From: Bugula neritina
Taxonomy: Eukaryota > Animalia > Bryozoa
Length of the DNA stretch: 64,000 nucleotides
Direction: 5' to 3'
Assembly: GCA_964035545.1 (NCBI GenBank)
Contig: OZ037772.1
Coordinates: 13,266,818-13,330,817, forward strand
This document shows positions 1 to 30,633 of the stretch, one piece after another. Below the pieces are notes generated by a model. That model did not search any database and was not told the origin of the DNA. It saw nothing but the letters and a program-made list of their open reading frames with translations. The translations under genes and the position numbers were made by a program. Positions within the stretch are counted from its first letter, which is position 1. Every line of letters starts with the position of its first letter.

Positions 1-1204
1 TAGATGTTAACAGAGTGTTCTAATTTTTACCAGGTGAGTCACTAGTACTAGTAATACTAGTAGTAGTAGAACTAGACGTAGTACTACTACTACTACTACT
101 GAGTACTAGTAGTAGTACTACGTCTACTACTACTAGCCTTAGGTAAACTCTGGGTAAAGTTTCCTCTAAAATAAAATAACCGAATGACTATCAGTACATT
201 TTTATTTGAGTATGATATCATTCAAATTATTTAACTGCAAGCAGATGCAGTTTTTCGAGTCATTATGAAAAGCAATGAAGAATAATTTTATATTTTAGTT
301 TTCACAGTTGAATTGTTTTTAACTGATCAATAAATTTCCTAGTCCTCAACCGGAAGCTTATGGCACGTTCGTCCAGCACGCAACTTTATTCTTAATAATA
401 AATGATATCTAAACGCGCAGTTCACATATAATATCTAGAATATGAAAAAGATATCAAATTTTTAACGAACGACAGCTTCTTGATCTCTCCTGTAATTTTA
501 CGTGTAATTGATATGAGAGATCATCGATTGATAATGGCATGAAAAGAAGGCGTCTTCTCTTAATAAATATTAATAAGTTTGCTGCATTTAGGTTGAAGTT
601 GAACAGCTTATGTCATAAAGCTTAACCATAGAGATAAAGCTATTAAATACTGAGTAGTGAATAGTATTACAGTTTTTATTTTACACTAGGTTATCGAATT
701 TATTAGTATAAAGAAAAAATGAAGTGTAAGTGAGTGAGTGACTCAAAGTAAAACTGTAGACTCAGACTGTAGAGTGTCAGTGTGAATGTAACTCAGTAAC
801 TGTACGTGTAAGACTAAGTGTAAGACTAAGAGTAAATATATTTATATCATAATAATTATTAAATTTAATTACATGAGGATCAATATCAATATGAATATCA
901 CAACGATGATCAATATCATCATGATGATGATGACGGTCATAATCATAATCATAATGCCGTTGTTATACTTATAGTTATTGTCTTATATTTATTGTTGTAC
1001 TCTACTCATTATTACACTGATACTAATACTTACACTAATTATGATAGAAAAATATGTAATCACAATTTAGGGTTATTAATTACCCATGGGCTTTGTTCTA
1101 CATTCACTATCAGTATCACTATTGATGTTGCGGTATTTGTATCACTCTTTCTCACAATCTTTATCTTATGCCAGTTTCGCTGTTGTATCGGAATTTTCAA
1201 GTTT

Positions 1205-1312
1205 ATGTAGTTGTCTCCTCTTCTTGTTGCTTATGTTTGGGGGTGCACAACTCTGAGATCAACACAGATATTAGATATAGCGTGAGTGTGGCTTGTGTGA
1301 GTGTTGTACCTA
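1205..1312 (+). mobile_element. Fragment of the same LTR family as 48845-49294
   Basis: TGTAGTTGTC..GGGGTGCACAACTCT..TATAGCGTGAGTGTGGCTTGTGTGAGTGT matches the reverse complement of ~49120-49225. Confidence 0.6.
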
Positions 1313-2129
1313 TCAGTATCACCTATGAATATCAATCTAGGTGTAATTATATATTACATTATAATACTAGTGATGACTTTACCTTACCAATGTGAATCAT
1401 TATATTTATTATAATATTTATACGTATAAGCTATGGACTGTGTAAGTCACACTCACTATAGCACTGACTGTGACTGTTTGCATCAATACTGTTATGTGGT
1501 TTGAATGTAATTATAGTATAATAATATAACACTCATATTTCAATTACTTTGGAGATCTTACTAGAAAATAAATTGCAGCAAATGTTGATGTAGCATCACC
1601 ACTATTAGTATGCAAATTGACAAAAATATTATACATTTTCTGTAATTTAGTGTGATTCACGTAAGCCAGTCCGTATGTTTATGGGAATCTTTACTACCAG
1701 AAAAATAATTTAATTTGTAATATTGTCCTTACTAGTTCCCAGCATTAGTTGTAAGGGAATTTGAAAATTTAAAATTTGAAATATTGCAACTGGCATGACT
1801 TTAGTGTCACAATATAGGCAGTGCTTCCAAATTGTCAGCATTATCATTATGTAATAGAGTGCAGATTATAGCTACAGTTTGTATATATATATAATTTGCA
1901 TATTATGTATTATAATTTGTATACATATATATACTTGTTATATAGGTTTCCAATTAAACTGAGTAGCAGGGTATTATTGCTATAGTGTCTGTAAGCAACT
2001 TAAGATGTACAGCAAAGGGCAACTAGCATGTAAGCTTTACATAATACTATCTTTTGTTTTAATCTAGGCTAAATCTTTAGATTAATAAATATTTTGTTAT
2101 TTTTACTTTAGATTCCTGGATATATAGAA

Positions 2130-5100
2130 ATGATCCCTGATTGGTTGAGGCAACCGTCCCTTAAGGAACTGCTGGTCATTGGTTGTCTCACTGTTTCTTC
2201 TCTTGGTCTGTCTGCCTACTTCTACCTCAAAGCCTACTGTGAATGGTTCTGGGATGATTTAATGCTGGTGAGAATAAGTTATCCTACTAGTTAACAAACT
2301 TGATACTGAGTGATATGTTAGTACAGTAACAGAGGTGTGTCTCATGTTATTATTCAGATCAGAGGTGTGGCTAAGTTCTTCAAGTATTTGGGACCGGAAA
2401 ATCCTCCTTATGCCAGCTTTGATCCTGCAACCAGACTGGAGAATCAGGCTCTTAGCAAACCTGACAAAACCTACCTGCTCTATGAAGATCAGAGTAAGTG
2501 TAGACATTCTCTATAAATATCAGAGTAAGTTTAGACATACTCTATAAATATCAGAGTAAGTGTAGACATAATTGCATGGTGTATGAAGATCAGAGTGTAG
2601 CTGTATTTACTTACTCTGTGAAGTAAGTGTAGCTGTATTTACTTACTGTATGAAGTAAGTGTAGCTGTATTTACTTACTCTGTGAAGTAAGTGTAGATGT
2701 ATTTACTTACTCTGTGAAGTAAGTGTAGCTGTATTTACTTACTGTATGAAGTAAGTGTAGCTGTATTTACTTACTCTGTGAAGTAAGTGTAGATGTATTT
2801 ACTTACTCTGTGAAGTAAGTGTAGCTGTATTTACTTACTCTGTGAAGTAAGTGTAGCTGTATTTACTTACTCTGTGAAGTAAGTGTAGCTGTATTTACTT
2901 ACTCTGTGAAGTAAGTGTAGATGTATTTACTTACTCTGTGAAGTAAGTGTAGCTGTATTTACTTACTCTGTGAAGTAAGTGTAGCTGTATGATAAAATTC
3001 AATCTTTCAGAATGGAGTTTCAGTGAAGTGAACTGCAGGGCCAATCAGTTTGCCAATGCTATCCATAGACTTGGCATTACTGGGAAACAGAAAGCTGCTG
3101 TTCTAATGAGAAATAAACCAGAACTCTTGTTTACATTTTATGGTAAGTAATACGTGTGTTAATCTACATCACTTCTACTAGTCAATACTAGTGTTATATT
3201 AACTGTATACATATACTCTGTCTTCAGGCTGCCTCAAGTGCAGAGTCCCTCTCAGTTTACTCAACACTAGCCTCAGAACCAAAGCCCTCTTGCACTGCAT
3301 CAGGGAGGCATCTACTAAGAACCTAATCGTAGATGATGGTGCGTAGATTTACTCGTATTCTTTAGCTGCTATGTAATATAAGCATATAATATAAGCATAG
3401 AACATGTTTGAAAGAAGGTCATTACTAATATATTATTATTGTAGACGAAGAACTTCTCTATGCAGTGGCTCAGATTGAAGAAGAACTGCAGTCTGATGGA
3501 GTGAGAATACTTGTCTATGGAGTAACCAATAAATACAAGAACCTGTTGGAGTATGTCAATAACTCTGATGACCACCTGCCACCAAGTCATGAGAAACAAA
3601 GTGAGACTCTCAACACTAATTATGATGTGCTGTGTTTTTGATTACATATGCTCAGTTTGTGGGTGTATTAGCTGATGATGTCATCTGTTTGTGGGTGTAT
3701 TAACTGATGATGTCAACTGTTTGTAGGTGTATTAGCTGATGATGTCATCTGTTTGTGGGTGTATTAGCTGATGATGTCATCTGTTTGTAGGTATATTAGC
3801 TGATGATGTCATCTGTTTGTAGGTATATTAGCTGATGATGTCATCTGTTTGTAGGTGTATTAACTGATGATGTCAACTGTTTGTAGGTGTATTAACTGAT
3901 GATGTCATCTGTTTGTAGGTGTATTAGCTGATGATGTCATCTGTTTGTGGGTGTATTAGCTGATGATGTCATCTGTTTGTAGGTGTATTAGCTGATGATG
4001 TGGCTGCCTATATATTTACTTCTGGTACAACTGGTCTTCCCAAAGCTGCCAAGTAAGTTGAAAACTTATTGTAGCCATTTTCAAAACATGTTTTCATGTC
4101 TGTGATATGCAATAAATAAATAAATCAATCAATCAATCAATCAATCAATTAAAGTATCACAAATTGCTAGAAGATGCATAATTCCATGTTGCAATTAATC
4201 ACAATTATATTTATTATATTATAATGAATATATTATATTTGCCTTATCTTCTGATTATTATAGAATAACATACAACAGATTGGGTGCTGCTGCTATTATG
4301 GGTTGCATCTTTCAAATCCATGAAGATGACATCCTGTATTCACCTCTCCCTCTCTTTCACTCCGCAGCCCTCATTATGTTTAACAGTACAGCTTTGATAA
4401 TGGGTGAGTGTATGACAGTATGTACTATATATAACAGTATGTACTATATATACCAGTATGTACTATATATGATGATATAGAACAGTATGTATCTACTATG
4501 TGATATGTTAATATTTTCAAGGAGTGACTTTTGCTTTCGCAAAGAAGTTTTCTGCTCGTAACTTCTGGTCGGATTGTGAGAAGCACAACGCTACGGTGAT
4601 TCAGTACATCGGTGAGTTGTCTGTCCTCTGTTTTTACTATATGCAGTAATAATATAGTCGTGTGCTGTATGATATACTGACATGTATAATACTGTAGTAT
4701 ATAGTGATGATATGATATACTAACATGTATAATACTGTAGTATATAGTGATGATATGATATACTAACATGTATAATACTGTAGTATATAGTGATGATATG
4801 ATATACTAACATATATAATACTGTAGTATATAGTGGTATGATATACTAACATGTATAATACTGTAGTATATAGTGATGATATGATATACTAACATGTATA
4901 ATACTGTAGTATATAGTGATGATATGATATACTAACATATATAATACTGTAGTATATAGTGGTATGATATACTAACATGTATAATACTGTAGTATATAGT
5001 GATGATATGATATACTAACATGTATAATACTGTAGTATATAGTGATGATATGATATACTAACATGTATAATACTGTAGTATATAGTGATGATATGATATA

Positions 5101-8100
5101 CTAACATGTATAATACTGTAGTATATAGTGATGATATGATATACTAACATGTATAATACTGTAGTATATAGTGATGATATGATATACTAACATGTATAAT
5201 ACTGTAGTATATAGTGATGATATGATATACTAACATATATAATACTGTAGTATATAGTGGTATGATATACTAACATGTATAATACTGTAGTATATAGTGA
5301 TATGATATGATATACTAACATGTATAATACTGTAGTATATAGTGATGATATGATATACTAACATGTATAATACTGTAGTATATAGTGATGATATGATATA
5401 CTAACATGTATAATACTGTAGTATATAGTGATGATATGATATACTAACATGTATAATACTGTAGTATATAGTGATGATATGATATACTAACATGTATAAT
5501 ACTGTAGTATATAGTGATGATATGATATACTAACTTGTATAATACTGTAGTATATAGTGATGATATGATATACTAACATGTATAATACTGTAGTATATAG
5601 TGATGATATGATATACTAACATGTATAATACTGTAGTATATAGTGATGATATGATATACTAACATGTATAATACTGTAGTATATAGTGATGATATGATAT
5701 ACTAACATGTATAATACTGTAGTATATAGTGATGATATGATATACTAACATGTATAATACTGTAGTATATAGTGATGATATGATATACTAACATGTATAA
5801 TACTGTAGTATATAGTGATATGATATACTAACATGTATAATACTGTAGTATATAGTGATGATATGATATACTAACATGTATAATACTGTAGTATATAGTG
5901 ATGATATGATATACTAACATGTATAATACTGTAGTATATAGTGATGATATGATATACTAACATGTATAATACTGTAGTATATAGTGATGATATGATATAC
6001 TGACATGTATAATACTGTAGTATATAGTGATGATATGATATACTAACATGTATAATACTGTAGTATATAGTGATGATATGATATACTGACATGTATAATA
6101 CTGTAGTATATAGTGATGATATGATATACTAACATGTATAATACTGTAGTATATAGTGATGATATGATATACTAACATGTATAATACTGTAGTATATAGT
6201 GATATGATATACTAACATGTATAATACTGTAGTATATAGTGATGATATGATATACTAACATGTATAATACTGTAGTATATAGTGATATGATATACTAACA
6301 TGTATTCTCTTAGGGGAAACCTGCCGCTATCTGTTATCCAGACCTCCCTCTGAATTGGACAGGAAACATAATGTTAGGATGGCTATTGGTAAGTTGTCTT
6401 CTCTTCCCTGAGATAGTTTTACTTGTATAACATAATATCTACCCTTGTATATTATAATAGCTACCCTTGTATATCATAATATCTACCCTTGTATATCATA
6501 ATATCTACCCTTGTATATCATAATATCTACCCTTGTATATCATAATATCTACTCTTGTATATCATAATATCTACCCTTGTATAACTTAATATCTACCCTT
6601 GTATATCATAATATCTACCCTTGTATATCATAATATCTACCCTTGTATATCATAATATCTACCCTTGTATATCATAATATCTACTCTTGTATATCATAAT
6701 ATCTACCCTTGTATATCATAATATCTACTCTTGTATAACATAATATCTACCCTTGTATATCATAATATCTACTCTTGTATAACATAATATCTACCCTTGT
6801 ATAACTTAATATCTACCCTTGTATATCATAATATCTACTCTTGTATAACATAATAACTACTCTTGTATAACATAATATCTGCCCTTGTATATCATAATAT
6901 CTACCCTTGTATATCATAATATCTACCCTTGTATAACATAATATCTACTCTTGTATATCATAATATCTACCCTTGTATAACTTGCTTTCACAGGCAATGG
7001 TCTGCGTAGAGATATCTGGATGGAGTTCAAAACCAGGTACAATATTGACCGAGTTTGCGAGTTTTATGCTGCAACTGAAGGGAATCTTTTCTTTGGAAAT
7101 TTGAGCAACAAGTTTGGAAGTGTTGGACACTGCAGCTCATTTCTGGTAAGTTTCTCTGTAGGTATATTCTGTCTCTCTGTAGGTATATTCTATCTCTCTG
7201 TAGGTATATTCTGTATCTCTGTAGGTATATTCTGTATCTCTGTAGGTATATTCTGTATCTCTGTAGGTATATTCTGTATCTCTGTAGGTATATTCTGTAT
7301 CTCTGTAGGTATATTCTGTATCTCTGTAGGTATATTCTGTCTCTCTCTGTAGGTATATTCTGTATCTCTGTAGGTATATTCTGTCTCTCTGTAGGTATAT
7401 TCTATATCTCTGTAGGTATATTCTGTATCTCTGTAGGTATATTCTGTCTCTCTCTAGGTATATTCTATATCTCTCTGTAGGTATATTCTATATCTCTCTG
7501 TAGGTATATTCTGTATCTCTCTGTAGGTATATTCTGTATCTCTGTAGGTATATTCTGTATCTCTGTAGGTATATTCTGTCTCTCTGTAGTTATATTCTGT
7601 ATCTCTGTAGGTATATTCTATCTCTCTCCGTAGGTATATTCTGTACCTCTGTAGTTATATTCTGTATCTCTGTAGGTAAATTCTGTTTCTCTGTAGGTAT
7701 ATTCTATCTCTCTGTAGGTATATTCTGTCTCTCTCTGTAGGTATATTCTATATCTCTGTAGGTATATTCTATATCTCTGTAGGTATATTCTGTATCTCTG
7801 TAGGTATATTCTGTATCTCTCTGTAGGTATATTCTATCTCTCTCTGTAGGTATATTCTGTACCTCTGTAGTTATATTCTGTATCTCTGTAGGTAAATTCT
7901 GTCTCTCTCTAGGTATATTCTATATCTCTCTGTAGGTATATTCTGTATCTCTCTGTAGGTATATTCTATATCTCTGTAGGTATATTCTATCTCTCTAGGT
8001 ATATTCTGTATCTCTCTGTAGTTATATTCTGTATCTCTGTAGGTATATTCTGTATCTCTGTAGGTATATTCTATATCTCTGTAGGTATATTCTGTATCTC

Positions 8101-10153
8101 TGTAGGTATATTCTATATCTCTCTGTAGGTATATTCTGTAGAGTGAATGTATAGATCTAGGTTTTATGATTTCGTTGATATTTTAAGGAGAAAGTGTTGA
8201 AATTACCAAAGAGAGCCTTCTTAGAGTATGATATTGAAGAGGACAGAGTTGTGAGGGGAGAGAATGGACTTTGTAAGCAGGTGCCCCCAGGTACTCCAGG
8301 ACTAGCTGTGGCAGAGATTACCTCTAAGTCTAAGTTTGATGGTTACTCCAACACTGATCAGTCGGAGTCTAAAGTACTCAGAGTGTGTATCTTATCTGAA
8401 TATGTGTATTGCTAGTGGCCCTCATCATATTATATAATTATTATGGTAACATTATACTACATAGAATCCAATTAATTTAATAATAGTAAGATGATGTTTT
8501 CTAGAACGTGCTGAGAGAAGGAGATGCATATTTCAACACAGGAGACCTCATGTTATGGGATACAGACTATTATGTGTATTTTGTTGATAGAATTGGAGAT
8601 ACATTCAGGTCGGTTATATTACTCTGTATATACAATATATTACGGTTACTATGGTAACAGTAATACTATAATATACTATCATATTGTGAACTGCAGGTGG
8701 AAAGGAGAGAATGTATCCACACAGGAAGTGGGTAGTTTAATCAGTGACCTAGATATTATAGAAGACTGCTCAGTCTATGGTGTGTCTATACCTGGTATGG
8801 ATGGTAAATGTGGGATGAGTGCAATTGTACTAAAGACTGGCATCTCACCTGCTCCAGGTATACCTACAGTTTATGCCTTCACGATTTTCAGTCAGAAATT
8901 CAATTTGGCTTAGTTGAAATTTCATTGAGTTGCATTGCATTGTAAAAGCCACGCATCAAAATTTTTGTACTGTGATAACCTAATCAACCGAGTACATAAT
9001 AATAATCAAAAGGAGTGATAACTCCTTGTAAATATCGGTGTTTAATTATGACCTTGGTGATTAGATTAGTACTTATATGTTAGTAATTATATCGGCTACG
9101 CTTTCTCAATTATCGCTTTTATGCTGTCAACTTTACTAATTCACTACATTTTCAAAGGGCATTAAATAGCGACTAGGCGAGTTATAATTCGATATTAAAA
9201 ATAAGCTTTCGTGTCAATTTGATTTCACTGAGTTTCAGTTAGACCATGAAGGGTTACTAGGGCAAGTGTTATTAACTGAAACTCAGTACTTTTTTTAGCA
9301 GAGGTATAAACGCAGTTTTATTGTTGGGAGTTACATCACAGCAGTCAAGTGTCATACTAGAGAGTAGTTGATTGGTTACTGGTCACAGTGCTCACATGTG
9401 ATTGGCTGTTTGTTGCAGACGTACTAAAGACCATATATGGTCATTGTGAGCAGCACCTGCCATCCTATGCCAGACCGGTGTTTGTGAGATTCATGGCTTC
9501 CATGTATGTGACTGACACTATGAAGCACCAGAAGGTAGTTCAACACTTCTTAGTAATACATCAACACTTCTGTGTAATATATCAACACTTCTGTGTAATA
9601 TATCAACACCTCTTAGTAATACATCAACACTTCTTATTGATACATCAACACTTCTTATTAATACATCAACACCTCTTAGTAATATATCAACACTTCTGTG
9701 TAATATATCAACACTTCTGTGTAATATATCAACACCCCTTAGTAATACATCAACACTTCTTATTAATACATCAACACTTCTTATTAATACATCAACACTT
9801 CTTAGTAATACATCAACACTTCTTAGTAATACATCAACACCTATTAGTAAAACATCAACACTTCTTTGTAATACATCAACACTTCTGTTTAATATATCAA
9901 CACATTTTAGTAATACATCAACACCTCTTAGTAGTACATCAACTGATATTACAGTGCATCACTTAGCTACCTAGTATAGGCCAGTTTGATGTTAACTACA
10001 TTTTCATTTATGTTGCAGTTTAAGATGCAGAGGGAAGGCTTTGACTATCGAGCAGTGCCGGATGTATATTTCCAAGACTTGAGACAAGCTACTTACGTGC
10101 CTCTCACCTCCCACCTCTACCAAACTCTTCTTCAAGGTGAACTCAAAGTCTAG
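2130..10153 (+). CDS. SLC27A: Very-long-chain acyl-CoA synthetase / fatty acid transport protein (SLC27/FATP family), paralog 1, 15 coding exons, ~636 aa
   Basis: Exons 2130-2267, 2358-2493, 3011-3142, 3228-3338, 3445-3600, 3983-4052, 4264-4403, 4522-4611, 6314-6388, 6994-7145, 8188-8382, 8505-8608, 8697-8857, 9419-9534, 10019-10153; all GT-AG, 1911 nt in frame. N-terminal hydrophobic segment, AMP-binding motif [36 protein letters not shown] signature [44 protein letters not shown]. Confidence 0.95.
2595..2990. repeat. 32-bp intronic minisatellite GAAGTAAGTGTAGCTGTATTTACTTACTCTGT
   Basis: ~12 copies in intron 2 of paralog 1. Confidence 0.95.
3655..4001. repeat. 32-bp minisatellite spanning the intron 5/exon 6 acceptor
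   Basis: Unit GTTTGTAGGTGTATTAGCTGATGATGTCATCT, ~10-11 copies. Confidence 0.95.
4668..6305. repeat. 43-bp intronic minisatellite containing TACTAAC
   Basis: Unit TATACTAACATGTATAATACTGTAGTATATAGTGATGATATGA, ~38 copies. Confidence 0.95.
6422..6981. repeat. 22-bp intronic minisatellite
   Basis: Unit CATAATATCTACCCTTGTATAT. Confidence 0.95.
7152..8140. repeat. 21-23-bp intronic minisatellite
   Basis: Unit CTCTGTAGGTATATTCTGTAT with CT-length variants. Confidence 0.95.
9540..9945. repeat. 21-bp intronic minisatellite
   Basis: Unit CATCAACACTTCTTAGTAATA. Confidence 0.9.
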
Positions 10154-10910
10154 TTGTGCACTGCATGCACCTTTTCTGACACTTTGCAAGCCGTCTATTG
10201 TGTTATTCTTATTACGTTTATTTGTTTTTATAGCTCACTTTTCAATAACTGTCTATTAAAGATATTTTATCATACTGAGTAGATGTGTGTAAGACTTGCT
10301 ACTGAGATACAAACCACTGTTTGCCTCATAAATCTTGACTCTCTCTTTCTTACACATGATTGTTCTTTTGAGTCTGTTGTTTGTTCAATGGCAAATTTTG
10401 CAGTCTATATACTTTTTAAATTCACATATACTCGTACTTCTATATTTTTGGATGATGTTCTTTACATGCCTTTAGCTATGCCATTTTGAGTGATTCCTTT
10501 TTGTGATTTCCGTCGCCATTAAACTGATATTTCGGTAGTTTTTAATAAATAAATTATTATTTCAAACATGTTCAGTTAGAGAATCTTGTGCCATAGTGTG
10601 AGTAGAGTTGTCTCATCTTGAATACATCATAAGGTTTTCACCCATACTGTAGTTTACAGAGCATGTGCCAAGTAAAGGAGTTAAAAAGAGCAAAGTTAGT
10701 ATTTGCATATTGAAAAGTGTATTTCTAGACTTGGATATGTGACAGTGTGGAGTTACACGCTCTTACAGGGAATGTAGTGCATGCAGCTAGTAATACTCCT
10801 ATGTAAGTAGAGTAATAGATATAACCCATTCATAGTTAAGATAAGGCAGAGGTTTAAGCCATTGTGAGCCAATGTCTATCATTGGGCTGCTGCTGTGTCC
10901 AGCTGACAAG

Positions 10911-28442
<17,532 letters not shown>

Positions 28443-28614
28443 CTCTTATCTCTTTCTCTAAAAAATATTCCTTATGCCAATTTGCAACTTAAAAAACCCT
28501 GCCTTCTACATATATTGCCATAAAACTTGATCTAAGTATGTATATATGAATATCTGTAATTATTGTGAAACAACTGCTTAATTTTATAAACAGCTTAGAA
28601 GTGTTTACTACTTG

Positions 28615-29008
28615 TATATAGTTTAGACAGGACTGCTATTTATATATAGTTTAGACAGGACTGCTATTTATAGATAGTTTAGACAGAACTGCTATTTATA
28701 GATAGTTTAGACAGGGCTGCTATTTATAGATAGTTTAGACAGGGCTGCTATTTATAGATAGTTTAGACAGAACTGCTATTTATATATAGTTTAGACAGAA
28801 CTGCTATTTATATATAGTTTAGACAGGACTGCTATTTATATATAGTTTAGACAGAACTGCTATTTATATATAGTTTAGACAGAACTGCTATTTATATATA
28901 GTTTAGACAGAACTGCTATTTATATATAGTTTAGACAGAACTGCTATTTATATATAGTTTAGACAGAACTGCTATTTATATATAGTTTAGACAGAACTGC
29001 TATTTATA
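28615..29008. repeat. 28-bp minisatellite
   Basis: Unit TATAGTTTAGACAGAACTGCTATTTATA. Confidence 0.95.
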
Positions 29009-29302
29009 CAATGATGTAGAGGTATCTGCTTACCTTAGGGTCTATATTTGACTGTATCAGGGGGCTATGAAGTTGTCTCATAACCTGCTAAAAGGAGACA
29101 GCAGCTTCTGTGAATTCGATGCGTGAACTAAGCCTTGTCCAATGGTCAAACCTCTTATATGCTTGACTTATTGTCTGTAGCCAAACACGCACTACCAACA
29201 AAGATATAAAAAGTGGAGGGAGATGGCTTCATGCCAGCCTTACCAACTCCAACCGATGAAATTGGAGTTGGTAAGCAAACTTTTTCCACATGTCCTCACC
29301 AG

Positions 29303-30633
29303 CAAGGTCACAGCAAGGTCACACAACACAGTATGGTCAAATCAAGGTCACACAGCACATTAAGGTCACACAGCAAGATCACACAGCACAGTAAGGTCAC
29401 ACAGCACATTAAGGTCACACAGTAAGGTCACACAGCACAGTAAGGTCACACAGCACAGCAAGGTCACACAGCACAGTAAGGTCACACAGCACAGCAAGGT
29501 CAAATCAAGGTCACACAGCACAGTAAGGTCACACAGTAAGGTCACACAGTAAGGTCACACAGCACAGTAAGGTCACACAGCACAGCAAGGTCACACAGCA
29601 CAGTAAGGTCACACAGCACAGTAAGGTCACACAGCACAGTAAGGTCACACAGCACAGTAAGGTCAAATCAAGGTCACACAGCACATTAAGGTCACACAGT
29701 AAGGTCACACAGCAAGATCACACAGCACAGTAAGGTCACACAGCACATTAAGGTCACACAGCACAGTAAGGTCACACAGTAAGGTCCCACAGCACAGTAA
29801 GGTCACACAGCACAGTAAGGTCACACAGCACAGTAAGGTCACACAGCACAGCAAGGTCAAATCAAGGTCACACAGCACATTAAGGTCACACAGTAAGGTC
29901 ACACAGCAAGATCACACAGCACAGTAAGGTCACACAGCACATTAAGGTCACACAGTAAGGTTACACAGTAAGGTCACACAGCACAGTAAGGTCACACAGC
30001 ACAGTAAGGTCACACAGCACAGTAAGGTCACACAGCACAGTAAGGTCACACAGCACAGCAAGGTCACACAGCACAGCAAGGTCACACAGCACAGTAAGGT
30101 CACACAGTAAGGTCACACAGCACAGTAAGGTCACACAGTAAGGTCACACAGCACAGTAAGGTCACACAGCACAGTAAGGTTACACAGTAAGGTCACACAG
30201 CACATTAAGGTCACACAGTAAGGTCACACAGCACAGCAAGGTCACACAGCACAGTAAGGTCACACAGCACAGTAAGGTCACACAGCACAGCAAGGTCACA
30301 CAGCACAGCAAGGTCACACAGCACAGTAAGGTCACACAGTAAGGTCACACAGCACAGTAAGGTCACACAGTAAGGTCACACAGCACAGTAAGGTCACACA
30401 GCACAGTAAGGTTACACAGTAAGGTCACACAGCACAGTAAGGTCACACAGTAAAGTCACACAGCACAGTAAGGTCACACAGCACAGTAAGGTTACACAGT
30501 AAGGTCACACAGTAAGGTCACACAGTAAGGTCACACAGTAAGGTCACACAGTAAGGTCACACAGTAAGGTCACACAGTAAGGTCACACAGCACAGCAAGG
30601 TTACACAGTAAGGTCACACAGTAAGGTCACACA
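29303..30633. repeat. 18/13-bp AAGGTCA minisatellite
   Basis: Units AAGGTCACACAGCACAGT and AAGGTCACACAGT. Confidence 0.95.

Noticed and set aside
29035-29232. Possible extra coding exon upstream of paralog 2
   Set aside because: Good donor (AAG|GTAAGC) but stops in all three frames; at most a 5'-UTR exon.
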